DNA of 64,000 nucleotides from Macrostomum lignano (lineage: Eukaryota). The notes below the pieces were generated by a model. It was not told the origin of the DNA and did not search any database. It saw nothing but the letters and a program-made list of their open reading frames with translations. Numbering within the stretch: the stretch's first letter is position 1; each line of letters begins with the position of its first letter. The position numbers and the translations under genes were made by a program. Below are positions 1-13,601 of the stretch, one piece after another. Where the stretch lies: NCBI GenBank assembly GCA_002269645.1, contig NIVC01000446.1, positions 1 to 64,000 of the forward strand, given 5' to 3'.

Positions 1-819
1 CTCCCAGCTGGGCGGCTAATAAATCCCAAACAGAGTCGGGGAGGAGGCCCGAACCCTCAGCCGATCCCGCTAGCCTCTTCCATTGGCTGGCGGGAGAATT
101 ATCCCGTCCAATGGGGACGAGTGCCGCTGGGAAATTTTCGTGCAGCTCACGATGCCGCGTCTCCGAGGGATCGCGGAGACTGGAGAAGCATAATTTTCAT
201 TGGGATTTGGGATCATATTTGGATGAGGTGAGGTGAGGTGCTTGTCCACATTTTGGGAATTTGCTTCCTCGTGAGCGGGGGGGGAGCAGTGGGAGTGAGC
301 CTCGTGGATTTGTTAATCTGCGCCCAGTCTAGCTTAAGCCAGAGTATTGTTTGGGAAAATAATCCCCTTATTGCCAGAGTGCTATGCACTTGACAGTGAG
401 ACAAAGTCCTCGGGGGGGGGGGGGTGTGAAGAGCTAATTATGTACATACTTTTGGTTCAGAAAGGTATGGTTCCCCCCATACTATGAAGCTTGTCCTGAA
501 TGAATATACGAGCGTACAATGAGCTCAGTGTTGTTCGGTTGTGTTGTCAGTGAAGAATTTATGATATAGATACGTTATACAACAATATTCGGTGCTGGGC
601 ACCAGTCTTAATCTTATTATGTAGAGTGACTTTAACAGTTTAGCCTAAATAATCTGTGCTATAGTCCTGTGTCTGTTATACTCGTACGTATTTTTTTGTG
701 CTTATAGATTACTCTGTTTGCATTAGGCTTGGTAATATAGACTCTAATTTTTTTCTGAACAAAATCTGTTACTATGGTAAATGGAATATAGGGTGGTAGT
801 TGTGGACTGTTTAGGTAGA

Positions 820-1176
820 TAAATTGGTAGACCCGGTAGGTGTAGACTGGTAGGTAACTGGTAGGTAGACGGTAGGTTAGACTGGTAGGTAGACTGGTAG
901 GTAGACCCAGTAGGTGTAGACTGGTAGACCCGGAAGATATGGATGGTAGACAGGTAGGTATGGACTGGTAGACCAGGTAGGTATGGACTGGTAGACAGGT
1001 AGGTATGGACTGGTAGACAGGTAGGTATGGACTGGTAGACAGGTAGGTATGGACTAGTAGACAGGTAGGTATGGACTGGTAGACAGGTAGGTATGGACTG
1101 GTAGACAGGTAGGTATGGACTGGTAGACAGGTAGGTATGGACTGGTAGACAGGTAGGTATGGACTGGTAGACAGGT
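820..1176. repeat. 22-bp minisatellite (GGACTGGTAGACAGGTAGGTAT)n, degenerate at its 5' edge
   Basis: About 10 near-perfect units read directly; the ORFs over it have 22-aa periodicity. Confidence 0.95.
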
Positions 1177-2518
1177 ATTGCTGACTGAAGCAGAGAGTCA
1201 TATAAACGTGAAGTCGTGTTTGTTCGACTGTTAAAAATCAACTCAAAATGAATACAGCATTAATTTGAGAAACTTGTGCAAAAAACAACAGAATAAACAT
1301 CTATGTAGGCAAACTTCTATAGTTATATTCTTTGACCTTGCAACCGAATGAATTCTAAGAATCTAAGATCAATAGCCATGACCCTTAGTTCTTATTATAA
1401 TGCACATCTGTCTGCAGTATTAGCTATGCGCTGCCGTGTGTTTTTTATAAATTAGTTTTAATTCAATTCCTTTATAGATTATACTTTGCTAGCCGTATAC
1501 TTAGAGCCATACTTCAGTCAACTCATAGGCAGTCACTGGTGAGGCAAACAGGCATGGCATGGGATAGAGAGAGAGAGCAGAGCAGAGCAATGGAAAGCGA
1601 AGACATTCAACAACAGATGTTGCTCGCGACCGCCCTTGCGGGTTCGTGAAGTTGAGCCGGCCAATGGAATATATTTAAGAAAAACTTCGAGAGGAAAACG
1701 CGCCCGTGTGCGGCTATTTGGTAATTTAAGAGCCCCAGTGCAGCACCCGACACCACCTCTGGCTATACCTGCCTTGCCCATGATCAACTGCTGGAACCCC
1801 TGCTTGGTGACGCGAGTCAGTTGAGTGCAGCGCGGAAAATATAGACTCAAGGGGGGGAGTGAGAAGGTGCTCAACGCAGTATATGTTGAGTTTTGGTCTG
1901 CGAGAAAAAAATGAATTTTTTTGGGAAACTTTTTTTTGCATTCGCTGACATTCTTCCCAATCCGAAACAACCATTTTATTCACCGTTTGATTGAGGGACG
2001 GGGTGTGCAGGCAGCTTTTTAAGTGAGCATGCACATTGCAGCGAGGTGCGACTGTTATATTGAAGAGGCCGCGCAGCATGCATTTTACTGTGGCGCGGCT
2101 GGGTGGTGGGTGAAAGTCCCTACAAGAGACGCCATCTGCGACACACGTGGTGCAGCTCTCAAATATTGCCGCGATTCTCTCGCTTGCAATCCACCGGACA
2201 GTCATTTTCTCTCTACTTTCACTCTGGTGTTCAACTCGCTGGGGGGGGGGGAATGGAGGAATAAAGGAATGTAATGCAAGCTCAAGTTGCTCAGTTCAGT
2301 TTGAGGAGTGGAGTGACTGCAGTAAGAGTTGCAGCAGCTCTCGTGTATCAAACTGCGGGGGCACCCCTTCTCATTTTACACTCTGCCGCGGGACGGGCCG
2401 GGCCGGAGTTGGAATAGAGGAAGCCATTGAAGTGGCTTACGCATTGAATGCAGTTATGAAGTGACCGAATGGACCGAAGAATATTATAGATCTGTTATTT
2501 GGGCCAGATCCCCGCCTA

Positions 2519-3254
2519 TAATTTGCGCTCCTGTGTTTGGCGCCACCTCCTCCCTGTAACTTGCGCTTCTGTGTTTGGCGCCACCTCCCCCTGTAACTTG
2601 TTGCGCTCCTGTGTTTGGCGCCACCTGTAACTTGCGCTTCTGTGTTTGGCGCCACCTGAAACTTTTGCTCCTGTTTGCGCACCTGTAACTTGCGCTCCTG
2701 TGTTTGGCGCTCCCTAACTTGCGCTTCTGTTTAGCGCCACCTGTAACTTGCGCTCCTGTGTTTGGCGCCACCTGTAACTTGCGCTCCTGTGTTTGGCGCC
2801 ACCTCCTCCCTGTAACTTGCGCTCCTGTGTTTGGCGCCACCTGTAACTTGCGCTCCTGTGTTTGGCGCCACCTCCTCCCTGTAACTTGCGCTTCTGTGTT
2901 TGGCGCCACCCCCCTGTAACTTGCGCTTCTGTGTTTGGCGCCACACCTGAAACTTGCGCTCTGTGTTTGGCGCCACCTGAAACTTGCGCTCCTGTATTTG
3001 GCGCCACCTGAAACTTGCGCTCTGTGTTTGGCGTCACCTGAAACTTGCGCTCCTGTGTTTGGCGCCACCTGAAACTTGCGCTTCTGTGTTTGGCGCCACC
3101 TGAAACTTGCGCTCCTGTATTTGGCGCCACCTGAAACTTGCGCTCCTGTGTTTGGCGCCACCTGAAACTTGCGCTCCTGTGTTTGGCGCCACCTGAAACT
3201 TGCGCTCCTGTGTTTGGCGCCACCTGAAACTTGCGCTCCTGTGTTTGGCGCACC
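2519..3254. repeat. 31-bp minisatellite (TGGCGCCACCTGAAACTTGCGCTCCTGTGTT)n
   Basis: Over 20 units; CTGTAAC variant in the 5' half, CTGAAAC variant in the 3' half; 31-aa periodic ORFs. Confidence 0.95.
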
Positions 3255-5326
3255 TAATTGCACGCAGAATGGCTTAATAGAAATTAAATTGAGCTGCTCA
3301 CACACCTAAAAAGAAGAAAGTGAACACAAATAGAAACACAGTCAGTTTTGGCCATAGAGTTATGCTTGGCGGTGTCAGAAGTTCTCCCGTTTTGAAAACT
3401 GCATTGACACTTCGTACCTATTGACGATAGAGGCGATATAGACCCGCAGTTATTTGGCCAGCAGCTCACCATTAATGTGTGCACAGTGAGAAAACACATG
3501 AATTCTTCTCGACATTCTTAAGACCATGCTGTATGAGGATCAGGGATGCTGTGTAGACAGTTTAGTTGGTGTCAGTTTGCACTTCCGGAAGTTCAATTCC
3601 GTTGGATACTACAGTATAAGGATAGTTATTGATCCAATCTATATATATATACAGACTCGGAGGCGTGACTTGTGCCATCAATGTAGCATCTTCTATACAC
3701 AAAATGGTTCGCATAATTATCTTGAATAAGTTAGATTCAGCTTGCTGTCCGCGCGGTGTGTGTGAGAGTGCAAACACGGGCGGCCTCGACTCGGGCAAAG
3801 TCGAGGTGTGCAACAATGAGTCTCAATAGAGCCTCCTCCTCAACTGCAGTATTAGTCTTGTTCAGTCCGGGTGGCAACAAGACAAGGGAATTTCCCTATA
3901 AATTGTTTGTGTGGCTGGGGGGAGAGAGAGTCTTTGTATCTATGCGGAGATGAGAACACGGCTCAGACAGGGAAAGTGGCGAATTGCCCAGATCAGCAGG
4001 CAGACTAAATATAATAAGAGAAAGGATGCGAACTACCGAAGAGAGAAAAAAGTGGCAACAAAAACCGATTCCGGCCATCAGAGAGACTCGGAAGAACTCA
4101 CAGGACCGGAACGCGCTGACAAAAAACAACTTTGAACGGTTTGAATGAGAAACCGTTTGACAAGGGGGGGGTAATGGCTGGCACGCGACCCCCCTTAGCG
4201 GTTGGACTAAAGGCTTGAGACTTGTTGAACTGGGGAAGCATGGTGCTAAGTCAAGCTGGCAACAAAACAATTCAAGAGCTTGAGAAGGCCTGTCAAAGGG
4301 ATTAAGTTTTTTTACTGTCGTCCTCCGACTCGAGCGCAATTGAGTTTAAGAATTGAGCTAAGACAGGTAAGCTGCTTGTTGTGCCTGATCAATTAGCCAT
4401 GCAGCTTAGACAGGAGAAAGCATGGGTGAGGAGAGAGGACAGGAACAATGAGATGTCACAGATGGGTTGGATTCTCAAAAGCAATTTTTTCTTTTCTACA
4501 TGTTCTCTTTTGCACGGAAGCAGAAAAAATGGAGCAAAGCATTACTGGGTTCTCAGAAACCACACTGCAGGTATGTATATAAGAGTTGAAACTCGAAATA
4601 AGATCCTCATATCGCTGCCTTAAATTACAGGCGATCTTCAGCTGGGGGAGGGCAGCAGGGGTTAGCTGAGTCTTGAAGTTTCCCAATGTCTTCCAAGGGT
4701 TTGAGCTGGAGAAACATCGGGTTCGATTCTCACTGGCATGAGAACACGGTGAGCTCCAGTCTAGAGCAGCAACAGACTGCCCAACAGGTTCTCAACACTG
4801 GGACTATGGGTAGAAAACTGGGACTATAGCCGTCAAAAACTGCTCAAAAACCACCAACCCCCACCTCACTAAATTTGCTTCCTCCTTCTTATTGAGTTGA
4901 ACTGAGACTGGCGGCTTGCTTGAGTCAACATGCGTTGAGTCCGTGGGAATCAACAGGGAAAATTCTCAACAAAAAATTCCCCTTATACTCATGCTGTGGT
5001 GTCTTCTGCTTCTCGGACTCTTTGACTATGTTATATATTATACTCAGTGGTATGCGGCGCCCCTGAGGATCCAGGAGATCATCTCCCCTTTCCCCTTTTC
5101 CCCTTACCCTCCCTGCTCCCCTCGGAGAGGATATTCTCTCCTGCCGTGTGGCCACTTGAGCCACTTGAGCACGAAGTTAATTGGCAAGCTGAGTTGAGTT
5201 ATGACCGGGCCATCTGACCAGGCTGTGGGGGGTGTGAACGGGGCCCTTCAGTTCGGCAGTGTCTTGGAGTTCAACAGTGGGTGATTTGAAACTCGAGACA
5301 AGGGAATGCGGTAGGAAGTAAGTGGC

Positions 5327-5829
5327 CAGATTAGAAAGTGGCGCCCACCAGATTAGAAAGTGGCGCCTGTCAGATTAAAAAGTGGCGCCCACCAGATTAG
5401 AAAGTGGCGCCCACCAGATTAGAAAGTGGCGCCCACCAGATTAGAAAGTGGCGCCCACCAGATTAAAGTGGCGCCTGTCAGATTAGAAAGTGGCGCCTGT
5501 CAGATTAAAAAGTGGCGCCCACCAGATTAGAAAGTGGCGCCCACCAGATTAGAAAGTGGCGCCCACCAGATTAGAAAGTGGCGCCCACCAGATTAGAAAG
5601 TGGCACCCACCAGATTAGAAAGTGGCGCCTATCAGATTAGAAAGTGGCGCCCATCGGATTAGAAAGTGGCGCCCACCAGATTAGAAAGTGGCGCCCACCA
5701 GATTAGAAAGTGGCGCCCACCAGATTAGAAAGTGGCACCCACCAGATTAGAAAGTGGCGCCTATCAGATTAGAAAGTGGCGCCCATCGGATTAGAAAGTG
5801 GCGCCCATCAGATTAGAAAGTGGCGCCCA
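5327..5829. repeat. 22-bp minisatellite (CAGATTAGAAAGTGGCGCCCAC)n
   Basis: About 23 tandem units seen directly. Confidence 0.95.
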
Positions 5830-5884
5830 TAGCATTTGAAATTGGAAGTTCACGCTGGTGGGTCAGGATGTTTGATCAGGCTGA

Positions 5885-6268
5885 AGGGTGAGGCTGGTGG
5901 GTCACGTTGGTTGGTCAGGCCGGTGGGTCAGGCTGGTGGGTCAGGCTGACGGGTCAGGCTGACGGGTCAGGCTGGTGGGTCAGGCTGGTCGGTCAGGCTG
6001 TTGGGTCAGGCTGGTGGGTCAGGCTAACGGGTCAGGCTGGTGGGTCAGGCTGACGGGTCAGGCTGGTGGGTCAGGCTGGTCGGTCAGGCTGGTGGGTCAG
6101 GCTGGTGGGTCAGGCTAACGGGTCAGGCTGGTGGGTCAGGCTGACGGGTCAGGCTGGTGGGTCAGGCTGGTCGGTCAGGCTGGTCGGTCAGGCTGGTGGG
6201 TCAGGCTGGTGGGTCAGGCTAACGGATCAGGCCGGTGGGTCAGGCTGGTTGGTCAGGCTGACGGGTCA
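5885..6268. repeat. 13-bp minisatellite (GGGTCAGGCTGGT)n
   Basis: Tandem units with GGT/GAC/AAC variants; 13-aa periodic ORF. Confidence 0.95.
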
Positions 6269-6989
6269 AGGTGTGAGCAATTAAAATTAGTTCCTTAAAT
6301 TTCACTCTTCACAATTTTAATCTCATAATTGTAATTGAGCTGGAACAGACAATTAAAAATGAGTTTTTTCCCTTTAAAAAAAGATGCCCCGCCTTTCGGC
6401 ATAGAGTTGAGATCCACTTTGATTGCTGGACTCTGAGCGGCGCGTGAGCAACGGGGAGTCCACGTGTGGACACTTGTCGGGGCTTGATATTAAAATTGAC
6501 ACGAGCCTTATCTACTTGATGAAGAGTATGGCAGTTTGTCCAAAGGTAAGGGCAATTATATAAGCAACAGGAAGAGACACTCGGGGGGAGAAGTTATGCC
6601 ACTTGTGAGCCGTCAGAATTTCAATTTCAAGCTTGCATCATCAACATTTTTTTGAGATTCGTTCGCCTCCTTCCTTCCCGAGAATGAAGAGCCCCGCACG
6701 AGCGGCCTGGGTCAAGGAGACCGAAAGCTAGAACTTGGAGTTTAAAAACTGCAGTGAGTCAATTACATTGATGAGATGACGGTGACTGCTTCGTCCCGTG
6801 GTCCAGCTGCATTGGAACATGGACCTTGCCAATGACAAAGTTCTCCATCTTGGCGTCTAGAGACTTGACTGAGCTTATCTCACCAAGGTGAAGAAGGTCC
6901 TTACCAACAACAGGAACAAAATCAACAGCAACAAAATCAACAGCAAAGTACGCAGCCCCTCATGCAAGTCACAGTGAGAGCAGGGCGCA

Positions 6990-7245
6990 TCAGATGGCGC
7001 GCCGCAGAGTTTGAGAACAGACGAAGTTCACCCCGTTGGCAGTGTCGGGCGCCCCAGCAGCGTCGCACAGCAGGCAGTCCACGTATCGACTGGTTCGGGC
7101 CTGACCCCGCCTGAACGGGCCCTGCAAGGTGAGCAGCAGGACGTCCTTCGCACATTGGGGGGCAGTAGCCCTCGGCCCGGATCACGTGGCCCGCCAGTTG
7201 AAGTCGCCGCCGGCGCAGGATGGTGGACCATGCAGTTTTATTAGT
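6990..7245 (-). mobile_element. 5'-truncated, frameshifted 3' end of an RTE-like non-LTR retrotransposon ORF
   Basis: Translation LRRRRLQLAGHVIR, then after a frameshift KDVLLLTLQGPFRRGQARTSRYVD...TGA. This matches the RRRLxWxGHVxR ... RxRGRP pattern C-terminal of RTE-clade reverse transcriptases. Confidence 0.7.
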
Positions 7246-8335
7246 GTATTCGTGAATTAAAACAAAGGGATTTTTGTGGCAGTGGAGTGGAGTTGAGCTG
7301 CTTACCCTCTCCAAGTTGCAGTTCAGTTTGCAGCCTCCTTGGCTTGAGCACACAAACACCCCGGCCGGGACCTCCTCCAGTGTCGCTTCATCAAAAGATT
7401 TCGCTGAAGAGTTGTCCAGTTTAGCATATATTGTGCCTATAAGAGGATCCGGTCAGAGAAGAAGTGGCATCAGTGGCATGAATTTATTATTGCAATGCGC
7501 TGGCTCCATATGACTTGCTCAATATTTGCTCAGCAAGGAGGGGCCTTCCTAGGCTCCATTAAGCCTCGCTCGCATTGCGCTTCCATCTACCGATTAGCAC
7601 ACACAGCACAAAAATGGAAGCAGCAGATGTTAGCGGGAGCGGCTCTCTTTGACATTTCTTGAGCATTGGGTCGGCTTTGTGTGCTCTCACTTTTTCGAAT
7701 TGAGCTGATAGATTGTATAGAGAGAAATAGAAACTGCCGCTGCAGGTGAGATGAGGAAAATATTCAAACTGAGTAGCAGCATCCATCATCTTCGCGATTC
7801 AATAGGGGCTATGGCTACTAACCAGGCCATGACATTGACTCCCGAGTGGACACAACGTCTTGAGTCCCAGTCAACATGAAAGTGAAGAATGACTTTCTGT
7901 ATAGGGTGAGGACTGGATCGAATTCATGCTGGATTTGTCGTTGCGATTCACAGCCATCAAGGGCAAGTCCCCCCAGGCACAGTGACTGTACATGCCTGAG
8001 GATTACAATTCGATTAGTTGCTATAGTATGCTCGATCTAGAGAAGTGGTCAGCAACCCCCGGCCTTTTGAAGCGTCCTAACCTGATAGCAATCCGGCATA
8101 CTCGAGGTTTAATTCTCTTCTCAACTCTCTTTTCTCATCTCCAGTCCTATCTCCCTTTCCAATCTTTTTTCATCTTCTCTCTCTAATCTCTTCTCCCCTT
8201 CTATTTCTCATCTTCTATCCTCTCATCTCTCTTCTCGTCTCGTCTATTCCCTCTCTTTTCTTCTCACCCCCCCTTGCTTTAAAGAAATCAGAGAGTTTTC
8301 TAGTGCAGATCTTTTTAACCGAATTTTTTTACATT

Positions 8336-8785
8336 AAACACTAAACACGAAGCACTAAACACTAAACGCTAAAGCACTAAACACCAAAAACCAAACACCA
8401 AACAATAAACACTAAACACTAAACGTTAAGCACTAAACACCAAACAATAAACACTAAACACTAAACGTTAAGCACTAAACACCAAACAATAAACACTAAA
8501 CACTAAACGTTAAGCACTAAACACCAAACAATAAACACTAAACACTAAACACTAAACGTTAAGCACTAAACACCAAACAATAAACACTAAACACTAAACT
8601 TTAAGCACTAAACACCAAACAATAAACACTAAACACTAAACGTTAAGCACTAAGTCTAAACACCAAACAATAAACACTAGACACTAAACTTTAAGCACTA
8701 AACACCAAACAATAAACACTAAACACTAAACGTTAAGCACTAAGTCTAAACACCAAACAATAAACACTAGACACTAAACCTTAAA
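8336..8785. repeat. Heptamer-based satellite with a ~42-bp higher-order unit (AAACACT AAACACT AAACGTT AAGCACT AAACACC AAACAAT)
   Basis: Six diverged 7-mers repeated in fixed order. Confidence 0.9.
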
Positions 8786-9287
8786 ACTCTGAAGAAGCGC
8801 TCTTCTGTCACCCATGCTCAAACCTATACTTCGAAATATTAAAAAAAATGGGCCTAACCTTGCAGCCACAGCAACAAGCACCAATGTTCCCCGAAACTGA
8901 CATCGAATCCTCTTTTAACCTTGTCTGGGGAGCGCGATTTCACTTGAAGCGAAAGTAGACTGTTTGCTAAACACTTTAATTAATAACAGCTCGCTTGAGC
9001 ACGTGTCAGTTATTGTACAGTCAGTCAAACACTGATAGTGTACTCAGCAACTCGTTAGCAGTGAAGAATTTTGTCCACTTAGTCACGCTCGCAGCCTACA
9101 GTGTCCGATTGAGTCGAATTAGTTTCTATGGACAGATCCAAACTTGGTTGAGGAATTATGTGTCAATGAAGATTTATGGCACAACAATAATTGCTCGCTT
9201 GAATTCTGCAACAGGTTATCGGGATCCAGGACTCAGTATGAATCACTCGTGACCTCATGAGCTGGCTCATACACTCTTTAACTCACC

Positions 9288-11415
9288 AATGAACTCACTC
9301 ATGAACTCAACTATGGAATCACTCATGAACTCAACTATGGAACCACTCATGAACTCAACTATGGAATCACTCATGAACTTAAATATGGAATCACTCATGA
9401 ACTCAACTATGGAATCACTCATGAACTCAACTATGAAATCACTCATGAACTCAACTATGGAATCACTCATGAACTTAAATATGGAATCACTCATGAACTC
9501 AACTATGGAATCACTCATGAACTTAAATATGGAATCATTCATGAACTCAACTATGGAATCACTCATGAACTCAACTATGGAATCACTCATGAACTTAAAT
9601 ATGGAATCACTCATGAACTCAACTATGGAATCACTCATGAACTTAAATATGGAATCACTCATGAACTCAACTATGGAATCACTCATGAACTCAACTATGG
9701 AATCACTCATGAACTCAACTATGGAATCACTCATGAACTCAACTATGGAATCACTCATGAACTTAAATATGGAATCACTCATGAACTCAACTATGGAATC
9801 ACTCATGAACTCAACTATGGAATCACTCATGAACTCAACTATGGAATCACTCATGAACTCAACTATGGAATCACTCATGAACTTAAATATGGAATCACTC
9901 ATGAACTCAACTATGGAATCACTCATGAACTCAACTATGGAATCACTCATGAACTCAACTATGGAATCACTCATGAACTCAACTATGGAATCACTCATGA
10001 ACTCAACTATGGAATCACTCATGAACTCAACTATGGAATCACTCATGAACTCAACTATGGAATCACTCATGAACTTAAATATGGAATCACTCATGAACTT
10101 AACTATGGAATCACTCATGAACTCAACTATGGAATCACTCATGAACTCAACTATGGAATCACTCATGAACTTAAATATGGAATCATTCATGAACTCAACT
10201 ATGGAATCACTCATGAACTCAACTATGGAATCACTCATGAACTCAACTATGGAATCACTCATGAACTCAACTATGGAATCACTCATGAACTTAAATATGG
10301 AATCACTCATGAACTCAACTATGGAATCACTCATGAACTCAACTATGGAATCACTCATGAACTCAACTATGGAACCACTCATGAACTCAACTATGGAATC
10401 ACTCATGAACTTAAATATGGAATCACTCATGAACTCAACTATGGAATCACTCATGAACTCAACTATGGAATCACTCATGAACTTAAATATGGAATCACTC
10501 ATGAACTTAACTATGGAATCACTCATGAACTCAACTATGGAATCACTCATGAACTCAACTATGGAATCACTCATGAACTTTAATATGGAATCATTCATGA
10601 ACTCAACTATGGAATCACTCATGAACTCAACTATGGAATCACTCATGAACTCAACTATGGAATCACTCATGAACTCAACTATGGAATCACTCATGAACTC
10701 AACTATGGAATCACTCATGAACTCAACTATGGAATCACTCATGAACTCAACTATGGAATCACTCATGAACTCAACTATGGAATCACTCATGAACTCAACT
10801 ATGGAATCACTCATGAACTCAACTATGGAATCACTCATGAACTCAACTATGGAGTCACTCATGAACTCAACTATGGAATCACTCATGAACTTAAATATGG
10901 AATCACTCATGAACTCAACTATGGAATCACTCATGAACTCAACTATGGAATCACTCATGAACTCAACTATGGAATCACTCATGAACTTAAATATGGAATC
11001 ACTCATGAACTCAACTATGGAATCACTCATGAACTCAACTATGGAATCACTCATGAACTCAACTATGGAATCACTCATGAACTTAAATATGGAATAATTC
11101 ATGAACTTAAATATGGAATAATTCATGAACTTAAATATGGAATCACTCATGAACTTAAATATGGAATCACTCATGAACTCAACAATGGAATCACTCATGA
11201 GCTCACTCATGAACTCAACAATGGAATCACTCATGAACTCACTCATGAACTCACTCATCAACTCACTCATCCACTCACTCATCAACTCACTCATCCACTC
11301 ACTCATCAACTCACTCATCAACTCACTCATCCACTCACTCATCAACTCACTCATCCACTCACTCATCAACTCACTCATCAACTTACTCATCCACTCACTC
11401 ATCAACTCACTGATG
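9288..11415. repeat. 24-bp minisatellite (ATGAACTCAACTATGGAATCACTC)n grading into a 12-bp array (ATSMACTCACTC)n at its 3' end
   Basis: About 2.1 kb of tandem units with a recurrent ATGAACTTAAAT variant; gives the 712-aa and 602-aa repetitive ORFs. Confidence 0.97.
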
Positions 11416-12693
11416 AACTATTCATAAACTCAAATATGAACTCACCCATGAACTTATTATTCATGAACTCACTCAAGAACTCACTAATTACCCCACTTAG
11501 TCAAACGTCACTGCAAGCAACGGCAGAGAGGAGCGAGATGCAAAAATAAAAAACATTTACAACTCAGATCACTGGTCTTTGTGAAGAAAGCAGTTTATAT
11601 TCAAGTGGAATCCAAAAGGCCTGTCATCTCACCTGTCCACAAAGACTTTTCCAAGAAACGCACACACAAACACACACAAAGCCGTTTAAAAAGGATCCTC
11701 TTTCGAAAAGATTCTCAGAAATGCCTACCTATACAGACCAGAAGGAACCATAAGAATCTGCAACAGAGGGAACTGTGTGATCGCACCGACCCAGCACCCT
11801 TAATTCTATGTCCAAATTGAGGAGAAAAGCAAACCGAATTAGCAGGAATCATACCCACCCCTCTCAAAACGAGAGGGGCCAGATTAAGCATATAGGGACT
11901 CCGGGGACAGGACAGAAAGCAAAAGCAAAGTAAACAAAAAACCTGACAGACGCTTACTGGGGGGGGGGGCTGAGCAGCAGCAGCAGCAGTGGGAGAATTT
12001 TCACTTGGGCCATTTTATCTGCTCTACACTGACCCCCTCGCTTCTTTGAGTCTTTTTTTCAATTTTCGTCTCTATTTTAGTTTGAGAGGAAAGTTGGGGG
12101 GGGGGGCGTTAAGAAAGTCCCGTCTGATTGCAGAGCCAAGGACAGTTAGTCTTGAGTCTGGAGTCGAAACACATTTAAGGAATATAACTAATTAAATATC
12201 TGGGAGTCTACAAACTTCTTCATCCACTCCCGATGATTCTGCACCGACAACTCCATGGTTCAGCCGCTACAGGTCTCCATGCCAGACTCCAGACCAGGCG
12301 ACTCTAGAACTCCATGGTTCCGAAAGCGCATATTCTTTGCGGCAAGAAAAAATGAGAATAAATGCATGCGTGTGTTGGAGCACTGAAAGCTGATCAAGAC
12401 TGCCCGACCAACCTTCCCAGTTATTGAACAATCAGCAGAAGTTCCACCTCTCTCAGCTACCACACCTGCACCCACAGAGGTCTAGCTGTCCAAGAGCTGC
12501 AGCCGTTGCAATTCAGTTTTACCGCAAAGGGGGGCTCGCCTTTCGAGAGGCCTGAAAAATTCGCACAGGTGTCTGCTATTCTTGAAAGACAAACCAATAT
12601 AATGAGAATGAAATAAAATAGCATTGATCCACTAGCTGAAATATAAATTTTTGTACTTCAAGAAATTGCTATTGGCAACTACATGTATTGTCA

Positions 12694-12920
<227 letters not shown>

Positions 12921-13601
12921 AATATAAATTACACAGAATGAAATTAAACAGGCAAAACATGCTACTCAACAGTAGTGTCTTATGTGGCAGAGTTTTATTC
13001 CACTATAGTGCCAAAAATACCCGGCCTGAAACCGGTACTAATTAAATCCTGACATCAAATCGAAGGCAGCACGCGCGTTAGGCAACAAAAGTTTGAAACA
13101 AAAAATATTTGTGTCCAAAAAAGTTAAGTTAGCAATTAAGGATAGAAAATAAGCAACGAATAATATGTAAGCAACCACAAGTTGAAGTCCTTGTTTAAGA
13201 AGGTACAAAAAAGCACAGCCGAAGTTTCCCGGCTTTGTTTTTTAAGCATCGTAATTAACGAGGTCACTTTACGGTATATAAAAGATACGAGTTAAGTCGA
13301 AATGGGAAATCTGGTAGGTCCTGCTGCAATCGGGGACACTTCAGACTGCGCGTCTTTGTTAAAAATCAAAGAAAGAAGCAACAGCAGAGCATGATCGGAG
13401 ATGCTATAATCATTTTAACTTTAGCCGATACATTCACTTCGATTATAAATATCAAGGACAAAAAGCGGGAGAGGAACCATTTCGGGAAATTAAATTACAC
13501 AGTTGCCAGAGTGTTTTTGGACTTGTTGGATTTAATAGTTCTATAAATTTTAGTCTCATATTCAATACCAAGAAAAATCAGGTTTCTTATCCTCGCTTTT
13601 T

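Noticed and set aside
3340-3530. Peptide FVPIDDRGDIDPQ resembling a PLP-enzyme segment
   Set aside because: Too short, flanked by stops, and no other motifs.
4690-4735. Isolated B-box-like GGGTTCGATTCTC (and GGTTCAAACCC at about 20820, minus strand)
   Set aside because: No convincing A-box spacing, cloverleaf or TSD.
1533-5197. Assorted 60-160-aa ORFs
   Set aside because: No recognisable domains or exon structure; consistent with chance ORFs or decayed repeats.
9267-11427. 712-aa, 602-aa and 100-aa ORFs as genes
   Set aside because: Pure translations of 24- and 12-bp repeats; no domain, splice or unique-sequence context.
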